DNA of 64,000 bases, taken from Lama glama (lineage: Eukaryota). Within the stretch, counting starts at the first letter, position 1, and each line of letters begins with the position of its first letter. The notes below the pieces were generated by a model that made no database searches, was not told the origin of the DNA, and worked only from the letters and a program-made list of their open reading frames with translations. The DNA lies in the NCBI GenBank assembly GCA_028534125.1, contig CM052827.1, positions 34,782,001 to 34,846,000 of the forward strand, given 5' to 3'. The translations under genes were made by a program, and so were the position numbers. Below, piece after piece: positions 34,831 to 48,139 of this stretch.

Positions 34831-37800
34831 GAATGCTTTTTCCACGTCACCCTCTGCTTCCCTCTGGTTCTCAGCAGGGGCCTGTGTGGAAAGCCTGCTC
34901 CCTGACAACAGGTGGATCCACTGGGCTGGAGCCCAGATGATGCCCTGGAGGGCAATGCTGATGCCAGCCCTGCCTCACTGGCTCACTGTGGGGCCCCATG
35001 TTCCTGCTTCGGCCTCCACAGCCTTGGCCACTCTGAGGAGTCGGGGTGGGGGTACCAGACTCACTCCTGCCTCTGAATCCAGGACGAGCGTCCCCTCTCC
35101 TCATGGGGAGACCATGAGGGGTGAAGTCCTTGCAGCTGGAAACAAATAGCTTCGAGAGCCCCATCACCAGGGTTAGTTTTGTGAACCCCGTCCTCCAGGA
35201 AAAATCATTCCTGAAGAACTTGGATGCTGACAGTCTGTTTTCCATTCCCTAATCATTCAGAAAAATACATCCATTTCAGTTTATTCAAAACAGTGGAAAA
35301 TCATTGAGGTTTTTCCTGTGTAAAGGTCAAACTATAAAAAGAAAAGTGGACTCAGAGAAATCCAGGCTAGTCATGAAACCGTGGCAGTGTATTAAAATGG
35401 ATCCGAAAAAGGTTTTAATCCTCCTTTGGAAACAGCTCATAATAATCTCCTGTCTACTCTCCCCTATGTGTGTTAAGTTTCTGTTTTTAAGTTCAAGGAC
35501 ACAAAGCAAGTGACTTTGAATGGGTGAAGCTCGGGCTGTGCAGATCTAGTCCTGGCTCAGAATCCCTGACCAGCTGTTACACACCAACTGTGAAGCCTGC
35601 AGCAAGAACTCTCAGGCCCTGAGCCTCAGTTCCCTTGCCTGCAAGATGGGGAAGATCCTGGTCTTGGGAGCTCTCCTAGCCGCCTGGGGTGCTGCCTGAC
35701 AAGGTGCAGGCCTAGGGGCCTCTGAGAACCTTCCCACTATCCAATCCATGCCGTCCGCCTGAGGGACACACAGGTGCGGCCTGGCTTGGCCCATGGCGAA
35801 ACGGACTCTGAGGACCATGGCCTGGCCCCAGAGACAGATGCCCTGCTCTGGCCTCCTGCCCTGCCTCTGGCACCTGGACATCCCCAGACTCTGATGGGGC
35901 TCTGGCCCATGGACGTGGGTGACCTGTGGAGGCCTTGCAGCTGAGAGACAAACAAGTATCTGCAAGATCCCCATCATGAGGACATTTTAAAGGGCTCTCA
36001 GTAATTTAACTGTTTTTGTGAAGCTGAGCAAATGATGGGGGAATGATAGAGTATTTCAAAAACACAGCCTGGACAGGAAAAATCCTGGCTTTCTTCTTTG
36101 TTAAAAACTTGGAGAAAATCTTTAGGAGTCTCTTTGGGAAGATAAGGAACAACTGTGTCGCCTCTTCTTTATCAAATCAAGACTCCAAGTCTGCTCAATT
36201 TTGTGCGGCCCTGCAGTGGAGGAGGCCTAGCCCAGTCTCCGCCACACCAGCCCGCTCACTGGTGCAGAGAGGATGGGGTCCAGAAGATGCAGTCAGGTTT
36301 CCTGGTGGCAGTCCCTCCAAGACGTAGGAGGCCCCCACAAATGGGAGCTGGCTTCTGTTTCTTGATTTGTGTCCAAGTAGGAACAGGAGAAATGGCATGG
36401 GTAAAACTCTGTAGGGGAGAGTGCCAGCTCTTGGCCCCAGCCAACAGGGGCGGAGCGGGAGATGAGGGAGGCTGGCAGCAGCCAGATCCCACAGACATCG
36501 AATTGAGAGAGTGACAGGTTTCATTTGTGTTCTACAAAGGTCGCATGGGCTGCGGGGGCGGTGGGGAGGGCTCAGGGGCGGCAGGGCCCGATTGCCTTGG
36601 TCACCCGGGGACATGGTGGTGGGAGGCACAGGGGATGATGCATCAGGAGAGCTCGTGGACTGGGGTGGTGTGGAGGACAAGGAAGAAGTGAGCCTGGGGG
36701 GAGGCCTCGCAGGCCTGTGGCCTGGGCACCTGGGTGGATGTGAGGCTCAATATGAGATGAGACGAGGGAGGGGTGGTATGGATGTGTCTAGTGTGAGTCA
36801 GAGCTGGGCAGGTAGAAACCGAGGTACTTGAGGACATCAGGGTGGACCAGGGTGCTGTGGGACATAAAAGGACTGTTAGGGAGAGAATCAAGCCAGAGGC
36901 AGAAAAGTGGGTGAGACCGCACACAGGTAGCTGGTAACTGAAGCCAGAGAATGGAGGAGGTCCCACTGGGAGAGTGTAGGGTGAGGCCCCAAGAGGGCCA
37001 GGAAAAGCTCCAAGAATCATGGACATTTGAGCTTAAGGAAAAGGACTCCATAAAGAAGCCTAAGGGGTGGGCAGAGGGGTGACTGGGAGAGCGCAGAGTC
37101 AGGGGTCTGCAGAGGTTAGGGCCCTGAGGAGGGTTGCCTTAGAGACTGGGCTCCTGGCCGGGTTAACCTGGGTGAGTGAGAGGGATTTGGCCCGATCAGC
37201 GATGCTGAGTTCCTGCTGCGATTTCGGCCAGCTCTGCAGGTTTGCAGATAGTCTGTTTTCCTGGAGAGAAGGTTCAAAGAGGGCTCCTTGGGCATTTCCA
37301 GGAGATCTGTCTGTGGAAACTATCCTACATCTTTAATTTCCTCCCTGACAGGACCTTTTCAATTTAGGTAAAAGTCTAACCAAGGCTTCTGTGTTTATAT
37401 TATTTTCACCTTGACTTTAAAAAATATTTATAGCAAATGCTTATTTTAAATATTAATAGGAGGTTCTGTTTTGTTATCCTTCATGCTCTTCAAATGAAGA
37501 GCCTAATTTTAAATTACGTACGTAATTTGTAGACTCCACCTCTTCAGCGTTTTTTTCAGGTCACAAGAGACCTGTCTTAGACCGTTAGGTATTTAATGTG
37601 ACATGTTCTGCTTTGCAAAGTAAAAGAGAAAGGGTGGTTTTTTGGCTCAGATACAGCAGCCTTGCCCCCAAATGTGTCCAACAGCCTAATTTAGTATTAA
37701 AGCTCTGAAGTGATTGATTATCTATTAGGGTGGCTATTTAAAGAGTTCATCGAATAAGATTCAAACCAACAACGCCTGCACTGCAGGGGCAGTGAGGCGA

Positions 37801-39589
37801 GGCCAGGCAGAACCAAATGGAATCTGAATGGAGCCGTGGATTCTGCCTCCCTTGAGGCTTGGAGAGTGGATCTCTGTTAAGAAAATTAACAGGTTGCTGT
37901 GGTCTGTGTGCCTGCTGATCAGGCAGGTCCCAGCTGCTTCCTGCTGAGCCCAGATCGAAGAGGACTCCTCACTGTGAATGAAAACTCATGGGGCACAGCT
38001 CGGACTGGACCCTTTCCTCTCTCTTTGCCTCACCCGTCCCTCCCTCATCTCTCCCTTGTGCTCTGCAGCCCCATCCCACCCACCCCTCCCTGGGGCCTCA
38101 GACCCTGAGCAGTCCCAGGCCTACGCTCCCACCCCATCTTCCCTCCCCAGGTTGTTGCAGCCATCCAGCAGGGTTTGCCCCCAATCCTTCCTGACCCTCC
38201 AATCCAGCTCATCACCGACAAACTGCAAAATCAAGGTCTAAGGCCGCTGTCATCTTCTCCTAACCCTGGCAGGTGTCCTCTTATTGGCACTACCCAACTT
38301 TTCCCCTCACCCTGCCTCCTCCTCGTGTGCTTAGCAAACACTTTACCTTGGCAGGTTCACCAGGAAGCAATAACACTGCTAAAACTGGGTGCTGATGGAC
38401 CTTTCATTTCTCAAGTTGTGTGTGTAGGTAGGTGTGCCTTAGGTGGGTATTCAGCAGTTTCCAGGCTGAAGTTAATGCTGCCCACGCTGACCAGAGCAGC
38501 CCTTGGGGCTTCAGCACCATCTATGTGGTGCATCAGAGCACAGGCAATGCTGTCCTCCAGGGGCATCTTGGCTGGTCCTAGGCCTGCCTTGTCCAAGCCC
38601 AGGTGGGAGGCCTGTGTCCTCGGAGGATGCCTCAGTCCCCACAAGAGCTCCGTGGCTGAAGAGTTCCCTGTGGATTGCTAGGGCACTCAGTCACAAACGC
38701 TGTACCCGAGGGCTCTTTGTGGTGGCTGCTGTGGTGTCCACCCAGACCCTGCCTTCGGGGTCAGCGCATCTATCCCCTGGATGCTGGGACTATCTCACAG
38801 CAGAGGCCCTCCCTGGAATTGCCCTCAGCGGAGGTGAACTGCCTCCATCAGGGTAAGCCCTCTCCCAGAGGTTGGCCTGTGGCCATGACTGGCTGACGAG
38901 GAGGAAGCACCAAGGCCAGGCCCTTTGGCCTCCATGTGGGACAACCCTGAGGGGCCATCTCAGCTCTTGAGCTCCCTAGAGATCTGCTGAAGCCCAGGTG
39001 CAACCACAATCTGGGTCAGTTTCTCCTCTGCCCAGTCCTGCCTTCTTTACTTCCTTGCACTCGCCATCAAGTCTGCACACAGCTGGAGGAGCCCCCCCTA
39101 AGACAGCTGCCATGGCTGAGCTCAGAGAGAGGTGGGGCCGACCTGGAGCCCCTCCGCCCTTCCAAACTCCTGATTCAGAGCCACCCTGGCCATGCTGCGC
39201 TGGGGCTGCTGAGGTCTCAATTGCTCTGTTGTTACATTCAAGCCTCCCTAAGAGGTTGCTTGGAAGACATTTCTTTTTGGACTTGAACTTAGGAAAAGTT
39301 GTGCTTCTTTGGGCCTTTGGTCTGTGTTTGATTTGTGTTTATACCACCGACACTAACGGTTGGGGAAAAGATTGGGCTTGCTTTGCTTTGACTGCTAGGA
39401 AGCTTGGAGCCCAGTCGATGTGCTGCAAGACATCGTGGTGCCTTCTTAGTTCCCTTAACACACCTTCCTCCCTATTGTTATTTGTGTTGCTTTGCTGTAT
39501 CACTCAGCTCCCTCTGAGCTGCCCCCAAGTCTGATTGGCATGAGGAGGGGTATACATGAGTAAACACCTACATACAGCGTCAGGGGTGG

Positions 39590-39775
39590 GTTTTCAGACA
39601 GACCTGGCTGCTGGTTAGCAGTGGGGACATTTGCCAAGTCACAACTTCTCTGAACCATAGTTTCTTCAGCGAGGGAATGGGCCTGATGCCTGCATCACAG
39701 AATTCTTTTGAAGTTAAGTACAGTAAACACATGGTTTATACGTAGCAAGTGCTCAATAAATGGAAGATGTTAATT
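39590..39775 (+). mobile_element. MIR SINE
   Basis: tcagacagacctgg...caagtcacaacttctctgaacc...aagtgctcaataaatg. Confidence 0.7.
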
Positions 39776-41499
39776 TTTTCATGAAATCTTGTTGCTCTCA
39801 TGAACCTGCCCTACCAGGTGGTCTGATCTCCTTCCTTCCCTCCTTTCACATGCCGGCTCTTAGCCAAGATGCATTTCTGGGTTGTTGGGTTTCACTTTCT
39901 CTGGGCACCCAGGCACCCACAGCTCACAGCTGACTGTGTGGACCAGCAGCAGGGCCAGTGGAGATGTTCACAGATTGTTAATCCAGGCAGATGGATACAC
40001 AATGAAAACACTCACGATATAAATGAGCACATACTTGGCTGGAGAAAAACTAAAAATTAAACTCTTTATGTAAGCTGAGCCTTCAGAAAATGAAAAAAAA
40101 GGTTGTAAATGAGAGATTGGTGATGAGTAATTTAACCAAGATGATGTAAATCTAGGCCTTTGAATACTTTAAATATAACCATCTGATATAAAAAGAATTG
40201 CACTAAAATTTTTAAAGCTGAGATCTTTCCTAGGGTGAGAGACTCACTTTCCTGTAGGGACAAGTTCCCCAAAAGGCAAGTGGAAAAGGCAAAGAATAAC
40301 ATCTGTGCCGGCATCACCCCCTGCCCCGGGCAGCTTAGGAGGATTCTACGCACTGTGCAGTCTGCGCTAGCACCCCGTACACCACTCGCTATCTTGCAAA
40401 CCAGTTTGGAACCCTAACTGGAACAGAAAAACCCATTGCAAAAGGGTGGTGGCTGGGAAAAAGCTATCTTTTATTCATTCCTAAAGTCAACAGGTCCCTG
40501 GTTCTGGCCTCTTGTAAATGCCACATGGTCCTGAACCTTAGCCTGGAGCTCAGCTAAAGATGGGTGTGAAACTGGAGTTGCTGGTTCTTTTTGGGGATGA
40601 GACGACTGGAGCAAGGAACCATCTGCAGGCAGCTCTAGAACAGGCCTCCTGGGTGCATCCTTTTTGGGAGGACAGGGATGGCGTGAGGGCAGGATGGAGA
40701 GGCAGTGGGTTCAGGGGAGGCCCCGGCTGGTCTGTTTGTAGCAGTAGGCCTCAGGAGGGGCAAGAGAAGTGAAGAAATGGTGGGAGGCTGGGGCAGAGCA
40801 AGGACCTGGCTAGGCATTTATCCTGGCGGTGGAGGGGGTGCGTCGCTGGGCCACAGCCCTGGGGCTGTCTTGGGAGGGGTGGGTGAGTCAGGGTGGAAGA
40901 TGCCCAGGGCTGTTATGGGCACCAGTGAGACAGGGAGAGGCTTGAGCCAGAGTCCCTGCAGGGCCTACTGAAGTTCTGGGACATGGACTGAGCACGTGAA
41001 TCAGCCTCAGGGCTTTGGGTCAGGCCTCGGGAGCCTTCCTTTCTGGGATCAGCCAGTGAATAGGGGCAGTCAATGTCTGGAGAATCAAGGACCTTCTACT
41101 GTTATTCACAGGGAGCCCCTTGTCTACCGCCTTTGGAAACAACGGCCCCCTCAGTGCACAGCCTGAGGAAGGAGGCAGGATGGGGCTGCATTTCCAGTCT
41201 CTTTCAGCATCTAATGACAGTTCTCCCTAAAAACCTGTTACCTACACATTTCTTTGCACCTCCAGACTTTGATGAGTGAGAAAGCCCACATACTTCACCT
41301 CCATCTCAGGAAGTTTCTTCCCTTCCTGTGGAAGACAGAGGGTCAGAGATGACCAGGGACCCCTCACCCATGCCCAGCGCAGCACGAGGCCTCAGGCTCC
41401 AGTTTCCCAGCACTGGCTGGTGCCTTTACCCTGTGTGGTGATGACGATGATGATGAAGCACACAGCCTTTTTCCTAAAATGAGGATGATGACAGTGATG

Positions 41500-41735
41500 A
41501 TAAAGGCGGATTGGAGAGTCAGGGAGAGAATAGACTTTGGAGCCAGGCTGCCTGGGTCCCCATCCCGGCTCAACCTCTCTCTGGCTGTGGGAAACTGGAC
41601 GTCACTTGACTTCTTTGTGCCAGGCTCCCTCATCTGTAAAATGGGACTCAGAGTAGCTAATTATGGGATGTGTTTAGGTGGGTGCCTGGCACGTGGTAGC
41701 ATCCTTAGCAGCTACTGCTGTTATTATTACTGTTC
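41500..41735 (+). mobile_element. MIR SINE
   Basis: gactttggagccaggctgcctgggt...cctcatctgtaaaatggg...gtgcctggcacgtggta. Confidence 0.8.
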
Positions 41736-41759
41736 TGACTGTCGATGTCATTACCATAG

Positions 41760-41900
41760 GTTCAAGGCCTTTTCATGTACTACGTCATTTGAGTCTCACA
41801 ATCCTATAAGGGAGAATGTATGATTATTATTACCCCACTTTACAGATGAGGAAATTGAGGCTCAGAGAGGTTGAGGGACTTGCCCAAAGATACCCAGCCT
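41760..41900 (-). mobile_element. MIR SINE
   Basis: ccccactttacagatgaggaaattgaggctcagagaggttgagggacttgcccaa. Confidence 0.85.
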
Positions 41901-42835
41901 GATACGGAACCTGTATGTTCCTCCACGTGTCTAACCTTTGCAAGGCTGTACGGCCTGGTTACCCAGGATGATAAGAGGAGCTTCACCATTACCATCAGGC
42001 CTCCCTTTATCCCTGCCCAGGGGGGTGGGAGGCTCTACCACTTCTATGTAATGCATGGAGATAATGGCCAGGTGAGTTAAGTGGCTTCTAGACAGGCCTG
42101 CCTCCCCCAGCAGAGCTGATTTTGAGCCAGCTGATCAGGACTATGCTTCAAAATCACAATTTAACTGCTCTGCTGCATCCATTGTTCTGTGCGTGGAGGC
42201 AGCTGCCCCACAGGCCAACCTACTCGGCGTTGTGGCAGTGATTAATAAGGATATTCTGGGTTCATGGGAGGCCTCTCAGGCGAGGCCTCAGAGTACTTTG
42301 CAAGCATTAATTAAGCTTCATCACTGTGGCTCAGGTACGTGGGGCCCTAGATCCTCTTTACATTTTTTAGCTGATGCAGAAAGAGACCAAATCAGTCCCC
42401 CAGCAAGCCATGGCATTCCACCCGGCCAGGCCCCCGTGGTCATTCCTCATCCTTGGAGTTTGGACAAAATCATTTGCAGAGAAAAGAATTCCTACTTTTT
42501 CTTCGAGACCAACATAATAACCAGCACTCAAAAGCCATTTCCCATTCGAGTTAGGACCAGGCCAACAGCTCCGGGCTGGGCCCTACATGGTGCCTGCTCA
42601 CTGGCCCACCTCAGGTAACCGGGAGCTGACGGAGCTCATGACCTGTACCTGCCTGTGTGTCCGAGCCTGCTGCACCCAGACGTGGGGCTTTGGGGTCAGG
42701 CTTGTCCCTGCAACACCATCTGCACAGGGTCCCCCATCCTCCATCCCTCATCTGCTTAGCATCCATTCCCAGTTCTGCCCTCACACATCTGCCACTTGCT
42801 GGCTGTGGCTCTGACATCCTGTGGCCCTGACATCT

Positions 42836-42970
42836 CATTCAGCAGATCAGAATTAGGAAGAGGGAATCTAGAGGTCTCAGTAGCGGTGAGCAGCCCACAC
42901 CAGGGTAGATGTGGCCAAAAGCAAGAGGGTAAGAGGTTGCGGTAACCAGCCACTCAGGCTGGGGACATCC
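42836..42970 (+). repeat. 135-bp dispersed direct repeat, copy 1
   Basis: 131/135 identical to 45312-45446. Confidence 0.95.
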
Positions 42971-43614
42971 TGGTGGGAGGTGGGAAGAGACCGCATAACT
43001 CAGGGTAAAGAACTTGGGCTTCCACCCAAGGATGTGGGGGAACCACAAAAGGAAGGGGCATGCTCAGATTTGTGCTTTGGGATGAAAGTTCAGGGAGATA
43101 TGTACGTGGGGTGAGGGATGGGGGAGGCCAGAGGCAGTTGGACCAAGAGGAGGCTGTGGCATTGAGCCAAGGGAGCACAAATGGGGCTCCAGTTGGCTGT
43201 GGCAGTGGGGTGGAGAGAAGGGGCTTGAGGGGCATTTAGAAAAGAGGTTGACAGGACATGGTGACCATCACCACCTGGTGACAGGACGAGGCGGGCATGA
43301 GAGAGGAGGAGCCCTAAACAACCCTCCTGGTCATTAGACAGACCCACTCCACTGGGCTTGTGACCAACCTGGCAAAGTCATTGCAGACCAGCTCCCCCAG
43401 CTTCCCCGGAGAAACCACGTCAGGTAGAACAACGAAGCCCAGACCCCTCGCTCTCAATTCCCATCTCCCAGGCCCTATCCTTTCTGTTGGCCAGAAATGA
43501 CACTGAGAGCTCAGCTCCATTCCTGGGCTGCCACTGAGTTGCCCCACATGAGCCTGGGGGAGGCAGTGTTTGTTCCCTACTTGGCTGATGAAACCAAGAC
43601 TCAGGGGTTAAGCG

Positions 43615-44032
43615 ACTGAGGGAGGTTGAATGGTGGCCCCTGAAAGATGTCCAGGTCCTAATCCCTGACAGCTGTGGACATTTTACCTCACGTGGCAAAG
43701 TGAACTTGTAGATGTGATTAAGGATTTTGAGCTGGGAGAGTAGCCTGGGTTGTCCAGGTGGGCCCAATATAACAGCAGCGGTCCTTACAAGAGGGAGGTG
43801 AGAATGCCAAGGGTGGGGAGAAGGAGATGGTGGTAGAAGCAGAAATGATGTGCCCTGAAGATGGAGGAAGAAGGCACAAGCCAAGGAACTCAGGCAGCAT
43901 CTAGAAGGTAGGAAAAGCAAGGAAACGGATTCTCCTCTAGAACTTCTGGGAGGAATGCTGTCCTGCTGACACTTTGATTTGAGCCCTGGGAAGTTGATTT
44001 CTGGCTTCTGACCGCCAAAACTGTAAGATAAT
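43615..44032 (+). mobile_element. MaLR LTR (MLT1D-like)
   Basis: gaatggtggcccc...gtcctaatccctg...gatgtgattaaggattttgag...gcaaggaaacggattctcctctaga...aactgtaagataat. Confidence 0.9.
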
Positions 44033-44779
44033 CATTCCTCAGCATCATCCAGCTGCAACAGAAGCCTTCAGTAGGAGGGATAATCTACTCTAGGCATTAG
44101 AAGAGGTTTATTTGGATTCTGTGCAGGCCCTCACAAAGTCAGAATTGGCCTCTTGCCTAGAGCTGGGGACCCATAAAGGCTGGGCCTGGCCCTCATCTGA
44201 GCTTTGACCTGGGTTGGGTGCTTGGGCGAGACAGGAATGAGCCCCTTGAAGAGAGGCTGGGAGAGTGTGGGAGGCAGAGGACAGGAAAGTCAGAGGAGGA
44301 AAACAGAGTTCTGTTGTCATAGAAGTATGAGCCCCGCTGCTTGAGGTGTCCAGGGAGGGGAGGACTGATGGGGAGGAATCCCGCCCCTCCTGAGGGTTTC
44401 GTTGCAGGTGGATGATGTTGAGGATTTGGGGAGAAACGGGAGGGAACCTTCTCCTTAGGGACAGATCTGAGATGACTGCAATTGGCTTCTCCTCAGTTTC
44501 ACCTCCAGGGAACAGAGGGTCAATCTCTGCCTCCTGTGGGAGTCTGCCACAGAGAGGGAGGTGGAGCAGGGAGCCCTGGGCTGGGCTGTGCAGCGCCGGT
44601 TCCTCATTAAGATAAGGTGGTTAAAGTTAGGATTTCTGCGGCCCCTCTGAGCTTCAAATGTCGGATTCTCCTTTAAAAGGAGCAATTTCTTTAAACATCA
44701 TACGCGTATACCGTCCCACCCTGGTTTACACGACTTCAGTTATGATCGTTCGCGTTCACACCATCTGCAATGGGGGCTT

Positions 44780-44945
44780 TGCAGACATTTTCAGAGTTGT
44801 TAGCTCATTGTCTTCACGGCCTCTGAGGCAGGTATTGGTATCGTACCATTTTGCAGTTGAGGAAACTGAGGCTCAGAGAGGTGATGGGATTGGTTCAAGT
44901 TAGTTGTCAGAAGCAGAATTTTGACCTAGTTTTTCTGGCCTCTTC
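44780..44945 (-). mobile_element. MIR SINE
   Basis: ccattttgcagttgaggaaactgaggctcagagagg. Confidence 0.75.
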
Positions 44946-45311
44946 CTACCTCCTTTATGACACAGAAGGGAGCTCAATGATCATGCTGTTCACCCATGTT
45001 CTGTGTCTGTGACCGTGCTCTGTGAGGCTGAAGACTTTTTCTGGGATACCACAGGGAGTTACCAGCAAACTAAGTTGGGCCTTTCTACCTAGGTATCTTA
45101 TCCCTGCACCCTGGACCCCTGCTTCAGGCCTGGGCAAGGGGCCTTGGCCCACCCCACTGTTTACCCACTGACAAGGATTTCTTAAACTTGGTGCCATGGC
45201 AGGCTCTGTGGGGAGCTCTGAGCATGGACGAACACGTGGACACATGTCACACAAGTCATAGAAGCTGGTGTGGGTGGCTCTGGAGCTCCGTAGTGCCCGA
45301 GGGGGTGCTCA

Positions 45312-45446
45312 CATTCAGCAGATCAGAATTAGGAAGAGGGAATCTAGAGGTCTCAGTAGTGGTGAGCAGCCCACACCAGGGTAGATGTAGCCAAAAGCAA
45401 GAGGGTGAGAGGTTGCGGTGACCAGCCACTCAGGCTGGGGACATCC
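45312..45446 (+). repeat. 135-bp dispersed direct repeat, copy 2
   Basis: 131/135 identical to 42836-42970. Confidence 0.95.
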
Positions 45447-45726
45447 CCTGCTCAGCCAGGCCCTCCCTGCATAAAACCAGATGGTCTGATTCCCCCTTCT
45501 TTTGGTGTAGCTGTCCTCACTAGCCCTTCCTCCGCTGCATCATAGGAAGCACCTGCGGAGTCCTGGCTGCATCCTTCAGGGTTTCGGTGTGGGTTAGGGG
45601 TTGGGGGCTGCCGGACCAGCATGTGTAGAATCATGGCAGATTGGTGCCCAGGGGCGGGGAGTGGTCACAGCCCTTCCTATCCTGGCCATTAGGACAACTG
45701 CCCCTTGTGATTCCTCTTTTTGGCCA

Positions 45727-45761
45727 GTGTCTTTATACCACTGCGGTGTCTTTATACCACT
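45727..45761. repeat. Short tandem duplication (16-bp unit twice, period 19)
   Basis: gtgtctttataccact at 45727-45742 and 45746-45761. Confidence 0.9.
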
Positions 45762-47934
45762 AGAGAGTCCCTATGTGCACACTACAGAAAAGAATCATCC
45801 TACTCATGCCATCTCAGGGCTTTGAATCCTGAGCCTTCCCCTAGGGCATCAACCTGCTCTTCTGCCTGTTTCGCTCATCCCTCCACATGGTGTTGTGGGG
45901 GCTGCAGGGGATCACATCTCCAGAGACCCTTGTGGCTCCTGGGCACTGTCTGTAGAGCACTGGTACTGTGTGCCAGGGACGTGTGGCATCGTGGAAGTCA
46001 AGGTGTGCTTGAGTCCACCATAACTAAGAGTAACCCCATTTGTGAGCCCCAGTTCTCTCATCTATAAGAAATGAGAAAATCCTTACAGAATGTTTCAGCA
46101 CTCTGTGGGGCACCCGAATGTTCAACAGATGCTGTGTGGTTCTTCAGAGCTGTGGCCCTGGACTACTCTAAACCAGAGGAACATCCTTAAAGAAATGGTC
46201 CCCAATAAAAGGTGCAGAAACATCATAGGAAGATGTGGAGGAGAGGCCTGGGCCTCAACTGATGGAATGGTGCCTGTCATGGCACCCACCCCCCGCTTGC
46301 CATCAGATAGTGGGCTTACAAGGCCAGAATCAGAACCTCTGGCTTCGGATCCTTGGTTGTCAATTTTCAGCACATGGGGAATAAAAAGTTAACCTCGTGG
46401 ATGTCCCTAGAGGTGCCCTGCAGTCAAGGCTGGAACTGATGAGGGAGGACCCCCTCCCGTAAAAGAAGTAGGCTGCTTGGGGTAGAGCTGGTGTGGGCAG
46501 GAGCCCTGCATGCCAGAAGGGTCTCCTCTAGCTGGAAGGTTCAAAGACTCCATGTGACGAGCCAGCAGCTGGGTTTCTCCCTTGGGAGATGGAAGAGCCC
46601 AATTTCTTCATACTAATAAAGAGTCTTTGGATCCTGGGGCACATGGCAGGAGCTGGTGGCAAACTCAGCTGGGTGCTATGAGGACAAGAGGCCCCTCAGG
46701 AGCCAGAATGGCTCTGCTGGCCGCTGAACAGATGGAGGATGGGAAGAAGGAATAACAAAAACCAGGAGGCTGGAGGGACAAGGCAGGAAGGTGGAGGCCC
46801 CATCGAATCCTAAATTTTTTGCATTGTTGTTAGAGCTGGGAGATGAGGCTGGGTGACCCTGTAGGCTGGGGAGCTGATGGATACTCAGCAAGATGTTTGG
46901 CCCGGGCTGATACTGCGTGTGGGGATTTGGAGACGAAGCAGTCCTGCTGGGAGGTGGTGAGGTATGCTATTCGGAAGGGCCGGCACCTGGGTTGCCAGCT
47001 CTCCTCTCTCGCCTTATGCTGCAGGGAAGCCAATCACACGTGTTTCCCTGAGGTTGATGACATACCCTCAGCATAGAGCCTGGCATTAGGGGTCCCCAGG
47101 GGAGTGCTAAGTGAGTGGGTTTGACCCGAAGAGGAACAGGGATCCCTGGTACTGACCATGGAGAAGGTTTTTCTTACGGAAAACAAACTTCAGACTTCAG
47201 AGAGTAGAATAAACATAAAAAATAAAATAGAGCCTCCATTTTAGACTATCTTATCTATTGCACTATTAATAATCCTGCCCCATTTTTGCAAAGTGCAGAG
47301 CAGGGCTCTAAACTGGTTCTTTCTATGATCAGCCATCCAGTCAACATGTTTGCTGAGTGTCTACTAAGGTCTCATGCAGAACTAGGTCCCATGGGTGCCA
47401 GACACAGGTGTACCCACAAGGAAATGAAAGCTGATTCGATAACCTGCTTCAGTCTAGGACAACCCTGTCCCTTATGGGGACTGGGCACTGGAAGAAGAGA
47501 AACCAGTGGTGAGCTGGCTGGCCAAGGTCACACTGATAACCAGTTCATGACCACACCAAGAATTTCCTCTGGGTTTCCCCAGGGTGACCTCGAGCTGACC
47601 CCCAGCTGGCCCAGCAGCTCAGCGCTACTGTTTGGCTACAGTGATGACTCACGGATGGGAGTTTCCAGTGGCAGCTACTGAATGTCTGAGGGAGAGACAT
47701 GCTTCAGAAAACTGTGAAACAAAGAAAAGCTCTTAACAATTGATTCAAAATCAGTATGACGAGGAAATAGCCCCAAAACAGAAATATCCCTGAGAGGCCA
47801 AGGGACAGATGGACACCCCTTAGGGCTGCTCCTGTCCCTGCACTCACTTCCCAGTCCTGACCATGTGCATGTATTAAATCCCTCATGCAGACTCAGGCCT
47901 CAACCCTGTGCTGTTCCACGCTTTATTAATGACA

Positions 47935-48135
47935 ACGATAACCACATTTATGGACTGCTTCTTGCCAGGTACTTAAAATGTGCTCATATAATTCTCTCAT
48001 CAATCCACTTAGGTCGATACGATTATTTCCAGTTTACAGACAAGGAGGCTGAAACTTCCTAGGGTCACTCAGCTCCCAAGTTTCAGAGATTTAAACTCGG
48101 GTCTGTCTGATTCAAAGATAGTCTTCCTACTTCTC
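47935..48135 (-). mobile_element. MIR SINE
   Basis: catttatggactgc...tttacagacaaggaggctgaa...gatttaaactcgggtctgtctgattcaaa. Confidence 0.7.
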
Positions 48136-48139
48136 TGTG

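Noticed and set aside
41500-41900. Inverted MIR pairs (also 58663-59075) as dsRNA/ADAR substrates
   Set aside because: Copies look too diverged to pair stably, and such arrangements are common
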